Assembly: GCA_002633005.1 (NCBI GenBank)
Contig: NMRA01000219.1
Span: 119,236-183,235 of the forward strand
DNA: 64,000 nt
Direction: 5' to 3'
Origin: Phoronis australis
Lineage: Eukaryota; Animalia; Phoronida
This document shows positions 50,401 through 63,885 of this stretch, piece after piece; position 1 is the stretch's first letter, and each line of letters opens with the position of its first letter. Below the pieces are notes generated by a model that saw only the letters and a program-made list of their open reading frames with translations, made no database searches and was not told the origin of the DNA. The translations under genes and the position numbers were made by a program.

Positions 50401-53400
50401 ACACAGTTCAAGGGCCTAAGACAGGAACAGTAACTTGCAGTGGTTTGGTATTAAGGGCATTAAGTATCTAAATAAGCAATGCTGAACGAGAGAATTTGGT
50501 ACTGCGGTAAAAAGTAACAAACACACAGGTATGATGGCCGAGGTTTCTATAAAATTATATTCCTTGTTAGCATCAGGACTCCTGTCAACTGTAATGGGCG
50601 TAGGTGATTGACAGAAGCTGTTGGTTGAAACTACCAACACAAGGACTAAGATTTAGGAAAGATCTCTGAACCTCAGGGCCTCTCACCTTAGAAATCCATC
50701 GTTTGGTGACGGTAACACCAGTTTGGTTTTGTGGTTGGTGAGGCTGGTGGCTAAGTCGTCGTCACCGTGGGCTTGGACAAACAGCTGGTGGCAAAAATCA
50801 CTGATTGCTTGCATTTGCATGGACTCCTACAACAAGTAAAATGTTGGTACTTTGTGCATACGACATTAAGTAGAATTTCATTAATTCTCAGCTGTACTAA
50901 TTCCTAAAAGGCTAAAGAATCTCATCCAATAGAAATTGTTATACATCAAGTATCATTTGCCTTAAAAATGTTTAATCTATCATTTTAACCAAAAGCACAC
51001 CAGATCTGCTTTTAAACAACCAAACTTAGGCAATTCTTTTACCCACGGCAGACAGCGAAAATTGTGAGAAGGAATGAAGACAAAAATCACACCAAGTAAA
51101 AATTCAAAAAATCACTTAAAAAAGGGGGAAGATCAACATTTTTGGTATTTTCTATACAATCATTAAGTATAAATTTGTTAATGTTCCATCCAGCGCCACC
51201 ATTGAAAACCATTATTAGGTTTTATGTTTTGGGGTAGAACCCTTCGTTTTGTTTTTCCAATATGACGAGTTAAAGTTCCTATTAATGTTGATAAAATCGT
51301 GAATCAACTGTAGTTCATTGATTGCTACAACGTAAGGATTCACCATCGCTAACAAAGTAATATGTGCGCGACCGTCTCATAACAAAACATGATTGTGCGA
51401 TCATCCTAAAAACAAACCTCTGTGCCACCTATGCTGAAGTGTGAGTTGGCTATCATAAGAATCTCCAGCGAGATCACCGACATCCTGTCCAAACAGCGCC
51501 TCTGAAGGAGCTGCATCACACAAGCCAGACATCGGTCCATCTGGTTCTGCACTGTACTGGTGATCCGTGACACCTCACGCTTGCAGAACTCAAGATTCTG
51601 CAATAGGAAAACTTGGGTTTAATGTTGACTCTACTGCTGCATCACAGTCGGTGCTCTTGGTTTTGGAGAACAAGCAAAATAAATGTAATGTGCTCAAACA
51701 AAGACCAATTGTTTGCTATCAGAGAAATGGTTTCTTTCAAATTATAGGAAGTGGGACTTAAAGTGAAAACCTGAAAATTCCTTTTTGCTTGTTCTGACAT
51801 GACATGGCACAGTTCATGACTCAAAAAAGTAAGAAACCAGGACAGGGCAACAAATTAATTTTCCAACAAATTCCAGTAAATCAATGCAGTCAAAAAAGAA
51901 TAAAGCATTTAGATGAATGTCGAATGCAATTAATTTTTGGCAGTTATAAGACCATGAAGTTTCACACAAAGGAATGGCATGGTTTGTTTTAAAACACAAA
52001 AAGTGATGACTTGGAAATCTGAAAGAAACATCATCCTCACAGTCAAGAAAATTTATTAGAAATTTGTTTAAAACATAATTTGGACGAAAACAAGAATCTT
52101 ATGTACACAATTAGCAAATCTTCAGTTTGAAATTAGCACCCTTCATTGCAAGTGTGCATACCTGCCAGGTAACGGGAGGGTCATTGAGTAGGGGCATTAG
52201 TTTGGCTGCATGCGACAATGAGTACTTGAAGGCAATACAAGCACCATAGCACAACAGTGTGGTCCGTTCTGTCAGATACTTGTCCCATAGGTCTTCGAGT
52301 ACCTTCATATTGAACCAGCGGATCACTTCCACTAGACACGGTAGCACCTGGAGATAAGACAAGAGAGCACAAGTTAGTGATGGTACAACTCTTGGGTGAT
52401 ATAACTGCCAAACGCACAAACAGGTTTCATGGTAAGTCCAACATTATGAGCTTTTCACTAAGAAGGAACACATTTTCCTTGACTGTGGTTTTCTCGTGAT
52501 TCATTTGTACAGAGTTTGTAAATCCTTGTTTTATTTTCTGATTTTCCGCTGCTGGCTATGGTTACCAATAACTTATGTTATCAATACATGTCCAAAAAAG
52601 CTGCTGTTTATATGAAGCACATCAACCTCACCAGTATCAATATACAGAATGACAGACTAGTCAACTGGAAAACTGTGCCTATGGAAGATGACATGATCCA
52701 GGTGACTCACACACTCTGAACTATTTACCTGCAGTGTGTACTTATCCTCTATGGGTGACCACATGATTCAGGCGACTCACACACTACGCACTATTTACCA
52801 GACTGTGTACTCATCCATGTGAGATCACACAGCTCAGGTGAGCCCCATACTATGCACCATATACACGTATACTCATCCTCTATGTGAGATCACATGGTTC
52901 AGGTGAGTCACACACTATGCACTATTTACCTGCATACTCATCCTCCTCAGCTCCCACCGACTGTCTGCGAGGCACTCCACAGTCTGGTACAACATCTTCT
53001 CCAGAATGGACGACAACTTGTCCAGCTCTAGTTGCTTCAGCCATGCAGGATCAAAAACTTCATCACTGGATTTGTTGCTGAGATGAGAATGTTGAACAAG
53101 TTCACAATCAAGGCGTTCTAGAGAGCCACAACACTTTTGGGGAACACTTTTCAAAGCTAGTCAAGTTAAACTCATGAATGGTCTCACAATTGCTACAACA
53201 AGACCGTTTAATGGTTTCTATTGATTCTCTGATTGTTAAGAAAGTTTGAAAAATTAATAACTTTCTTGGAAAAATGTGAACAAAAAGCACAAAGTAGCTC
53301 TCACAAGGGTTAAAACTCGAGTTTTTAAGGTAAACCGNAAGTTTCACACAAAGGAATGGCATGGTTCGTTTTAAAACACAAAGAAATGATGACTTGGAAA

Positions 53401-56400
53401 TCTGAAAGAAACATCATCCACATAGTTAAGAAAATTTTTAGAAATTTGTTTAAAACATAGAAGAAAACAAGAATCTTATGTACACAATTAGCAAATCTTC
53501 AGTTTAAAATTAGCACCCTTTACTACAGGTGTGCATACCTGCCAGGTAACGGGAGGGTCATTGAGTAGGGGCATTAGTTTGGCTGCATGTGACAATGAGT
53601 ACTTGAAGGCAATGCAAGCACCATAGCACAACAGTGTGGTCCGTTCTGTCAGATACTTGTCCCATAGGTCTTCGAGTACCTTCATATTGAACCAGCGGAT
53701 CACTTCCACTAGACACGGTAGCACCTGGAGATAAGACAAGTGAGCACAAGCTAGTGATGGTACAACTCTTGGGTGATATAACTGCCAAACGCACAAACAG
53801 GTTTCATGGTAAGTCCAACATTATGAGCTTTTCACTAAGAAGGAACACATTTTCCTTGACTGTGGTTTTCTCGTGATTCATTTGTACAGAGATTGTAAAT
53901 CCTTGTTATAATTTCTCATCTTCCGCTGTTGGCTATGGTTACCAATAACTTATGTTATTAATACATGTCCAAAAAAGCTGCTGTTTATATGAAGCACATC
54001 AACCTCACCAGTATCAATATACAGAATGACAGACTAGTCAACTGGAAAACTGTGCCTATGGAAGATAACATGATCCAGGTGACTCACACACTCTGAACTA
54101 TTTACCTGCAGTGCGCACTTATCCTCTATGGGTGACCACATGATTCAGGCGACTCACACACTATGCACTATTTACCAGACTGTGTACTCATCCATGTGAG
54201 ATCACACAGCTCAGGTGAGCCCCATACTATGCACCATATACACGTATACTCATCCTCTATGTGAGATCACATGGTTCAGGTGAGTCACACACTATGCACT
54301 ATTTACCTGCATACTCATCCTCCTCAGCTCCCACCGACTGTCTGCGAGGCACTCCACAGTCTGGTACAACATCTTCTCCAGAATGGACGACAACTTGTCC
54401 AGCTCTAGTTGCTTCAGCCATGCAGGATCAAAAACTTCATCACTGGATTTGTTGCTGAGATGAGAATGTTGAACAAGTTCACAATCAAGGCGTTCTAGAG
54501 AGCCACAACACTTTTGGGGAACACTTTTCAAAGCTAGTCAAGTTAAACTCATGAATGGTCTCACAATTGCTACAACAAGACCGTTTAATGGTTTCTATTG
54601 ATTCTCTGATTGTTAAGAAAGTTTGAAAAATTAATAACTTTCTTGGAAAAATGTGAACAAAAAGCACAAAGTAGCTCTCACAAGGGTTAAAACTCGAGTT
54701 TTTAAGGTAAACCGACTTTCGAACATGTGAAACCAAAATATGTGCTTTGCTTCCATAAATGCAATTGATGACCCGTAGATTTGAGCCTGAAGAAACTCAG
54801 GATTTTGAGTAAAAACTTCTAATTGTGAGTTCAAGACTCGAGCATTTAGTAATTTAATGCTGGACTAAGTGTAAACTAGGATTCAACAATAGTTGTTCAC
54901 GCAAGTCATCAATATGTATTCGTGCATTGAATAACAGACACTTAGCTTGAGTTTGCACTGACGAAGAAGAATAAAAAATGTTTACAATTATTTCGAGCTG
55001 GACTTTGATTAAAAAGATTAGACACCAGGCCTATACTGCTCTGTCTGGCAGGCAAGTTGAGAAAAGTGGTATTCAATGCAACAGCACTAAGAGTGATCGG
55101 GGCTTGGAATGACCGATGAGAAAAAAGAAGAAAAAATTCCAGGTGATGTATCGTTCCACATTTAAATAGACTTGTGTGATAGAAATATTTTATGTGTAGT
55201 AAAATTTAACTGAAATAAACATCTCTGCATGAACAAAGTCAAAATAATGATAAAAAGAGACAGAGAGGAGAAAACTAGAAATCAAATAACAGGAAATCAA
55301 AACCCAAAAAGAGGAAATCCTTTTAAAAAAGGCAAATTCCAAGCCCTGAGTGATCTAAACTTACTCTAGAGGTGACGAGTAAAAACACGACCTTAGCACT
55401 TCGTGTGCAGGTGATTTGGCTTTGGTGTCTCGTGTTGAAGGACCATCCTGGAAATAAATAAAACAAGTGCGGGTCAAATAAACACGGAGTTGGGATGATA
55501 ACAAGAAGTGTTCTAAGACTGAATATTCAGTATACTTAACATTATTGACATTTGATTTGGGAACTACTTACTTGACAAGGGAGACAACTATGGTACTTGT
55601 ACGGAAAGTGTTCCCGAATCTCATTTTTCCTAGCGTCAGTCACTTTTAAATTTCTAGTCACAGAAGTTTGCCAGCAATAAATTAAACCTTTGATAAGTAC
55701 TTCATAATTGCTGCTTGGGAAACGCGATGAAGGACGTAACGTTAATCCAACCCCAGAAATCACATTTTGGATAAGAACCAATTTGAGACCGATTTCATAA
55801 CGATAACATCCGTAAACAAAAAAATGTAACCAAAACACAAAATGACGCTTTAAATAATAACTTACAGTAAAATGTCCTTAATTTAGAACACGAAATGGCC
55901 AAGAAATGGGATTTTACTTAATCTTAAAAAATTCTTTAAAAATTTTTACACAGCATAATATTCATCACACAACACGCGTAATACGTCAGATAATTCTTGC
56001 TTCCAAAATGAGAAACTTGGCAGCAGAAAAAATCTGTTTGCAAGTTTAATTGAAGTGCAAAGTTGAAGACAAGCCTGTGAAATAGGTGGCTGGAAACCAA
56101 ACTGAAAATAATGAATCGTGTGCAAATAAAGTAGAAACTTTACCGACGGCGTATCTGCGTCCACCATTTTCACAAGATGTAGAAGCGAGGACGCTTTGGA
56201 CGACATGCTGTTCGTAGTCACGTGTCTGTTCGTCTGCCGTGACTTGGAGTAATATGAATAGTGTCGTACTAACGTGTGTATCGACTGGGACTGGTATGAA
56301 GCTGGGTCTATTGTTACAGTTCTGAAACATTGTGTAGAGGTTTGATAAAAATCAGCAGTTGTTTTAGCACATACTGTGAAGAGTTAGAATACATTAAACA

Positions 56401-57063
56401 GGGTAGGACTTAATAAGTAGAACAGCCTTGGTGCAAAACTGTATACTAAACATATGATAGACAAAGTCTTCATACAGCTAGCTGGCTGGGTACGTAGAAC
56501 GGAGACTAACCACAATTCACAATAAGTTAAATGGGGTAGGATTTAAGTCAGTACAAATTAGTTAAAAAGAGGCTATCTGAAACATACAGCACATCAAACA
56601 GGGTAAGGCCAAAGTCAACAACAAATTTACAAAGTGAGACTAACTATAACTTGCATACATTACATGAGATTTGTTGAAGGCTATAAGTGGCACTAACACA
56701 AGGAAATCATGACTGCCTCCAAGAGTAGTAAGCAGAGGGTTAAGTATTAACATGCAGAGCTCAGTGACTCAACAGCTATGATGATGACTTATTTGCTATT
56801 TCACTACATTGATGTGACCTGACTGGTATATTGACACTTGATATCTTATTGTTTATAACCTGATGGTGTCTAATGAATAGACGAAACGTGAAATCTTATA
56901 TGAACTTTTTCATTTGTGCAGCGATTGTCCATTTTTTTTATCCTATTATGACCAAAAACTGATGTAATTAAGGTATCAAGTTATTTAGTCAAAGCAGTCC
57001 TACAAACCGACAGAGACCATGTGAGATAAATTGTCAGGCTACACTGTATTATAAGAACTTGAC

Positions 57064-57133
<70 letters not shown>

Positions 57134-60100
57134 ACTGTCTATATCAGCAGGACTTCACTGCACTTTTGGACAAGATATAATTCAAAAGCAGAAGCTTGAA
57201 GTGAATAAAAACATCATTTATTTGCTTTGGTACGAAAAAGGTGTTGTTGCAATCCTGAAATTTTACTTCACAGAGTAACACGGTCGTTGTGAATTCATCC
57301 CACAAGAAACTACTCTGAGGTAAACAGTTCGCATAAAGCCTTTGACCTGGGTGTGACACAAACGGTTCCAATAAATGACCACAGTGTGATGAAATATTCT
57401 CCTTAATACGTCACCAAGAATCAACAACAGTCACACCATGACAACGTTCAGTTAACAAGTCACAGGCTGTGATTACGTGCATTTATAGAACTCAACTAAA
57501 CTACTGATCCCAGGGCCAAATTCTAATATCAGCTTCATGCATAGCTGGGCCTTTTGTTGCCGTCCTGAAACATGTCACATACTGACGCGTGCAGTAATTC
57601 TAAAACCATACAGCAAGTGTTTTAAAATCAGAGCCCCAAAATGCCTCGTTTGCAGTGTCATATAGAAATTGACATAATGTGTCACTTTCTTGTAAAAAAA
57701 ATTGATGATGTCATACCCAGAACACATTAATTAGAGACTACTAGACTGTTTGGCATTCCATCAGTGTCTGACAATGTCATCAAATGGAGCATTGTAAGAT
57801 GCAATAAGTTGGTGTCTCTGTCCCAAGTTCTTTTCTATGTTTCTCCAAAGATGGACTTTCTATGACCTTATGATTACAGTTTAAAACAAAGTCTATCTGC
57901 AAGCAATTCTAAGAAAAACACATTTCGGAACAACAGAAGTGAGCAAGTCTACCACAACCAACAAACATTCACCTAAATTCTAACTTAGAATTTAAAACAG
58001 AAACTCAAATGTTATCACTGACCAACGGTTTGAAACATTTAGAAATCGCACCACCAAAATGCAATTATACAAACGAATAGCATTCCACCACAGATATACC
58101 ATTAACTGATAGAGCAAGCAAATAAAGCACTGTGTTCGGTCACTCATAAAACAACACGACTCGAATAAACAACAGGTCAACCAATACAGTCATTAAGACA
58201 GAGGACGGAACCTGGAGAAAGAACAGTTGCACAGTTGAAAATGAAATATAAAGTTGTGTTGCCAAGTACCTTTTAAGTGTTGGCCTCACTCTGAAAGTGG
58301 GCAAAACAGCTGGATAAAAGTTTGACATGTCTATTCACATTTGCAAATTTACCGATTTTAAAGAAAAACATACAAGCTTTTCCCATTCATTCCTCAGCAA
58401 GCCATTAAACACTGAATGTAATTAGATAGGGTGTACAAGCCATTAGTAACAATTGGATTATGTGACAATGTCTAAAGTGTGACTACTAAATAAAAGTTAT
58501 GTAGGACATTATCCACCAGTCAAGAACTGATGTTTTTAGCCAAATATCTACAAATTAATCTAAAGATTCTAACTCAGTCAGTAGAAGTATAAAACGTCAC
58601 TTTCTAAAAGTCGAAAGAGAACGTAACTTCACTTTTGACTTTAAGTCAATTTGCCATTACTTGGATCAACTGACAATGTCTTTTTAGTAAAATCTAGCAA
58701 ACGAAAGAAAGCAACATTCATTGCAAAACACCGGTATCAGTACATGATTAATTTGACATAAATACTCAAAATGAAGATCTCAAAAAAGCTGCTACAGTTT
58801 TCTATGAATTAAAATCTTAGTCAACATAAAATACTTTTGTATAGTAAAAACGAGGCTTAAACACCTAACCTCTTTTTCAATAATCTTTACAGGGCCAAAC
58901 AGATCCATGTCTCACGTAGCCACTAAGAATGACCAGCTGGCCATTTTCTTGACTCTGTGATAACCCTTACCATAGTACATGTCAAAAGTAATTGGACCTA
59001 CTGACCTTTTGAGACATGATCCGGAGTCTGTGGTCACAATTGACTCTGAGTGACTTCCATGCACATTCTGAAACACCACAACAATTCATTGCGAGACTGA
59101 GATGATTAAAGAGAATCTGGTACAACTTGCACAAAGTCAGACGAGTGGTATACTGCTTGGTTGAATATTTTACTCGATACAAAAATAACTCTGTCATGAG
59201 GTAGCCTAATAACAAGAAGAAAAAATAGTTAAGGAAGTCAAGTGGAAGCTATGTTCACTGACTCGAAAAAAATGACATCGGTGCTGGAAGACAGGAATAA
59301 AAGCAACAGGGGAGGAATGTAAGATCACGTCACCCAAAACTGTCACATACAGCTATGAATGTCCCTAATGAACAACACTAATAGGTTAATCACGTCATCC
59401 CATCATCCAAGTTATTCTTAGATATGACATGTTCAACAACACAAGATAAATAATTGGAATGTACAGGTGTTTCTCTCGGTTCAGTCGCATCGTTCATAAA
59501 GGCGGTATCTCTAATACGGACAAAACATCAAGGACTATGCAGTCCAGGACACAGTTGTGATAACATAGCGAGCATGTGGTGACATGCTGATCAAAAAGAG
59601 TTTCATATAACACACACAGAATAATTACTGCAACTGACAGTGCATAGGTGGATCCAGGCTTTCAAAGAGGGGATATGAACAAGTATCTGTTTGACAGTGG
59701 ATATCAAAATCATTCATGATTTTTGAAAAAATGCAGTCAGTCGATTTAAGTCGGGCAGAATTAATAGTTTGACCACATCTTACAGCTAGTAATCTCCAAC
59801 CATGTGACCGTGATCATAGTAGTTTAAGAACAAACACTGGATAGTATGTAAGACAGGCTAAAACATTCAGGGTTAATAATGGTGCAATCTGCAATAAAAG
59901 GCATCCATGATGCTTTATTTCTTGGATGTGTGTTCGTATTTTTAACAAAAAATATTTTACTGACAGACTTTTTTAACACCAATTAAGCAATCCAAGATTT
60001 CTAAATAGGCAACAAATGAAGAAAAGGAGCAAAAAATTAGAAAGTTTGCAATCACAAGGCCATGTTTCTAAACAAAAATTACTTACAAAATGTCATTTTC

Positions 60101-63100
60101 TAAGAAATAAAAATATAGGGATTCCTATGGTCAGCCCCACAACAAAAACATAGAGTGTCCAAAACTTGTTTCCAAGACCGATTTATCTAGTGAATGGTCT
60201 GCCACATTTGAATGGACTCCAAAGATAACTGATTAGGAATGCACAGGCAATCAAAGGGTTTGTTAGAACATGCACTATTGGGAGCAATGAGGCCCAACCA
60301 CATTACTTTACCGTATACGCTGAGAAACGGCGTGGCTGTAATAAGTCAACAAAAAGTGTGCTATTCACAAGAACACATTAAACTGAAAATCAGTGATAGG
60401 AAAATACAACTGGCAAAGTGAGGGTCAGTTCTACGACTGGCAACAAGGTCTTGACAAAGTAAATAACATATTAATAAACATTGCGGCAAACACAATAGAA
60501 CTGAGCTGATGGCAATCTATATTGCCATTATCAAAAATAAATTAGAATCCCACTAATACATAGCTGCTACTTAATAATAATGCATATAGTACCTGTATAG
60601 GTATTTTGGCTGATGTGTTTGTTGAGCTGTCCAGAGAATTCTTGCGATCTCGCATTTGGATCATACCCTCGGGAATGTTAGACATTTCAGACCCCTGCAC
60701 AAGAATAATGCACAAATTTGAAATACTTGTGTTGATGCGTGTACCATAACATCTGCTCCTGACTTCCAAATTAGAACATCAACCTTATACATAGCCGCGG
60801 TCTACTCATTTGTACGCGTGACTTCATAAGATTTACCAATAGTCAGACATAAGGTGTGCCGGCGTATTGAGAACCAGTTTTCACCACTGAATAATGGGCA
60901 TGAAACTGATTCTCAAAATGTGGATACGTTATATACCATCAATGCCTGAATTTCAGCAGAGCAGCAGTTTCCTCTAATCAATATCAATTGATGTGTCTGA
61001 GCAGGTAGAAAATGTGGAGCAAGTAAACAAACAGACAAACAAACTAACAAACAAATCTTACCGTGACTGCATAGCTGGTCTCCCTCGGTGAATTCAACAA
61101 ATGTTTCAGAGTAGAACCACCATAACTGCTGGTCTTTTTTACATTTTTGTTCTTATCTCTGTTTTCTCTGCAACACAAAGATTTAGGAGAAAGGTAAGTT
61201 ACAACTCTAGCTAAAATACTTTCTCACTGACAGACATTAGTCAGTTCAGAAGTCCACATGTGAACTTTTATTAGTCTTTTCCAGGCCACCTTCAACAGTA
61301 CTTCGACCAACAGTTCACATTTACCCTCGTAGGTTTGAAGGGATTTCCATTCCATTACCCTCGTAATTATGAATTATGAAGCAGACAAATCTGCTCTTCA
61401 AAAGCTAACAATGCTTTTACATTTTAAAACATTGATTTAACTATTCCATCTTCAACTAGTAATTGATTCCAATAAAGAATCACCTCTGTTAAGTTGCTGG
61501 CTATGTCTCAGTAATGATCCTTGAATGCTACACTCGGGACAACACAAAAGACACTCATCTAGCCATCAAATGACAATCAATATACAGAAAAGGCGGGTTT
61601 GACAGGATGGGCGGGGCCAAACAATGACAACTAACCACTTGATCAAATCACCAAAAAGACAATTTAAAGTAAAATATTTTGTTGAATCCTACAATCACCA
61701 ACCTAATTTTTAAAAATAATCAGAGTCATAAGTCATGACTGTTCATACATCTTGCTAACGAGTCATTGGAACAGAGACTGCAATATTTAATATGTCTTCT
61801 GCGATATTAATGGATTTCTGAACTGTATCACTGCTGTAACCCTTGGGGTTACGTGTTCACCGGATTGCTCACTGAAATCTTTCCAGATTTCTACTGATAA
61901 GGCCACGTGATGTGCCCACAGGTAGCGTGCTGACCAGACTTTATAATGTTTGCACTATACATTTTCAAACCAGTTCAAGAATTACATAATTTTTATGAAA
62001 TACTTCATTTTACACACTCAGTCCTATTTTGATTACTAATGAAACCTTCATCAACTTTTTACGTACTGTTTGGCATAAATCATGGAGCACTCATCAACCG
62101 AACCCCCGATCTTTGGCTGATAGTTTGGGAAGTTAAAATTGGACGGACCAAAGGTGTAGATCCAGTGGTTCTTGATCAGGAATTGTAGTATAAGCTCGTA
62201 CGCTAACAAGCGCCCCTCTCGCCACTCCCAGCAGTCGGCCAACAACTCCTCGTCTAGAAAACAAGAACAAGACACGTATAACAACAGACAACTAGAAAAT
62301 ACAAAACTGAGTGTTATAATTGGGAAATTTCCGATACAGTTCCCTTGTTAATAATTGTATGTGATGTTTTGATCTTCTTAGCAGCTTGGTGACACACAGA
62401 TTCTGAAGCCAATCTGATGAATTTACTGCAGAACAACGGTCATATAGTTGACCACATGATTATCGAGTGGTAATCCGGAATGCTGACTAGGCATCGGTAT
62501 AAAAAATTCCCAAGCGCTACGATCGCCCGGTAACGTTAAGTTTCTGGATAGAATTCAACAGACAGGATCGGCAAACATCGCCTTATATGTGATCATGGCA
62601 GAACATGAACTTGAACGAAACAAGAACAAATTGACAATTCAAAAGTTAACTTTCAGAAGATAGTGGATTTGGCAGAGACTTAAAATCATGGTTCATTCTA
62701 CATAGCATAGTTAACACTTACTTAACAGTTAGTAAATACCCAAAAGACACCCCGATATAATTATCTGTATCACCCAACTATAACAAATCACTCACTCTCA
62801 TCGTCTAGACTAGTCACACTATGGCGGTGACCCTTGGGACAGTCATCTTTGCCAGTGGTCCCATGGCGCAGGTCTGTGAGACCCTTACAGTGTGGGGATG
62901 GTGGCTGCCTGGTGCCAGACACAGCACATGGTGCTGTCAACAGTTCCATATCAGGTTGCCATTGGGAACACAGGCCTTCCAGGATCAGCTTGAGCAGCAC
63001 GGGGTTGTTACTGTCTTTGGCCACTAGAGGGAAGTAAACACAGTCTCCATAACATACTATGAGAAAAGAATGAATACAGAGCTNACAGTTCCCTTGTCAA

Positions 63101-63761
63101 TAATTGCATGTGATGTTTTTATCTTCTTAGCAGCTTGGTGACTCTGAAGCCAATCTGATGAATTTGCTGCAGAACAACGGTCATAAAGTTGATCACCTGA
63201 TTATCGAGTGGTAATCCGGAATGCTGACTAGGCATTGGTACCAAAAATTCCCAAGCGCTACGATTGCCCGGTAACGTTAAGTTTCTGGATAGAATTCAAC
63301 AGGCAGGATCGGCAAACATTGCCTTATATGTGATCATGGCAGAACATGAACTTGAACGAAACAAGAACAAATTGACAATTCAAAAGTTAACTTTCAGAAG
63401 ATAGTGGATTTGGCAGAGACTTAAAATGGTTCATTCTACATAGCATAGTTAACACTTACTTAACAGTTAGTAAATACCCAAAAGACACCCCGATATAATT
63501 ATCTGTATCACCCAACTATAACAAATCACTCACTCTCATCGTCTAGACTAGTCACACTATGACGGTGACCCTTGGGACAGTCATCTTTGCCAGTGGTCCC
63601 ATGGCGCAGGTCTGTGAGACCCTTACAGTGTGGGGATGGTGGCTGCCTGGTGCCAGACACAGCACATGGTGCTGTCAACAGTTCCATATCAGGTTGCCAT
63701 TGGGAACACAGGCCTTCCAGGATCAGCTTGAGCAGCACGGGGTTGTTACTGTCTTTGGCCA
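44459..63761 (-). CDS. Large uncharacterised protein (probable HEAT/ARM-like helical repeats plus disordered Ser-rich linkers); 3' 18 exons, about 838 codons; 5' end outside the window
   Basis: Phase-compatible GT-AG chain: 63761-63534 (duplicate 63023-62796), 62253-62067, 61167-61062, 60694-60593, 59067-59006, 56321-56144, 55447-55365, 54454-54307, 53724-53539 (duplicates 53077-52930, 52347-52162), 51597-51418, 50826-50687, 50181-49984, 49384-49261, 47434-47315, 46204-46069, 45815-45634, 45017-44948, 44544-44459 (TGA). Exon differences I could see between duplicate copies are synonymous. Motifs: WEWREGRLLAYELILQFL, CLADSRWELRRMSMQVLPCL, DWDSWSDEEE. Confidence 0.85.
44894..44953. repeat. 30-bp tandem duplication spanning a splice donor
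   Basis: ATACCATGTRTTTTGAYAACCTACCTAWTG x 2; the second copy overlaps the exon end at 44948. Confidence 0.8.
49374..49761. repeat. 32-bp minisatellite (about 12-13 units) made from an intron/exon junction
   Basis: Unit GGATGTAGACACTGTGGTGTGAGAAACAGACA; on the coding (minus) strand TGTCTGTTTCTCACACCACAG|TGTCTACATCC, i.e. pyrimidine tract + AG + first exon bases. Confidence 0.95.
51957..54714. repeat. About 1.38-kb tandem duplicate (51957-53337 / 53339-54714) joined by a single N; probable allelic haplotype overlap
   Basis: Near-identical copies with scattered SNPs and indels; N at 53338 exactly at the junction. Confidence 0.85.
54068..54322. repeat. 65-70-bp tandem repeat (about 4 units) copying an exon end and 5' splice site (also at about 52691-52945 in the duplicate)
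   Basis: ACATG..CAGG units at 54068, 54138, 54204 and 54269; CTATTTACC (the GGTAAATAG donor on minus) recurs. Confidence 0.85.
55098..55348 (+). mobile_element. Non-autonomous hAT-like MITE (6-bp TSD)
   Basis: CGGGGCTTGGAAT ... ATTCCAAGCCCTG, flanked by AGTGAT on both sides; colinear with 8844-9056. Confidence 0.85.
57068..57131. repeat. (TA)32 microsatellite
   Basis: Pure TA run. Confidence 0.98.
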
Positions 63762-63821
63762 CTAGAGGGAAGTAAACACAGTCTCCATAACATACTATGA
63801 GAAAAGAATGAATACAGAGCT
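62336..63821. repeat. About 0.74-kb tandem duplicate (62336-63083 / 63085-63821) joined by a single N; probable allelic haplotype overlap
   Basis: Near-identical copies, each containing the same 228-nt exon; N at 63084 at the junction. Confidence 0.85.
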
Positions 63822-63885
63822 CTGAGTTCTGTAAAATTAATGCAGGAATCTTGCAAGTAAAGCTAAGTATGATCACATCCTTTAT

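Noticed and set aside
56046-56330. 94-aa ORF frame (NCNNRPSF...) for the 56.2-kb exon
   Set aside because: This frame leads to a stop two exons downstream; the RTVTIDPASYQ frame gives a continuous CDS.
58982-59215. 77-aa ORF as an exon of the unknown gene
   Set aside because: Its frame is incompatible with neighbouring exons; the phase-compatible exon is 59067-59006 in another frame.
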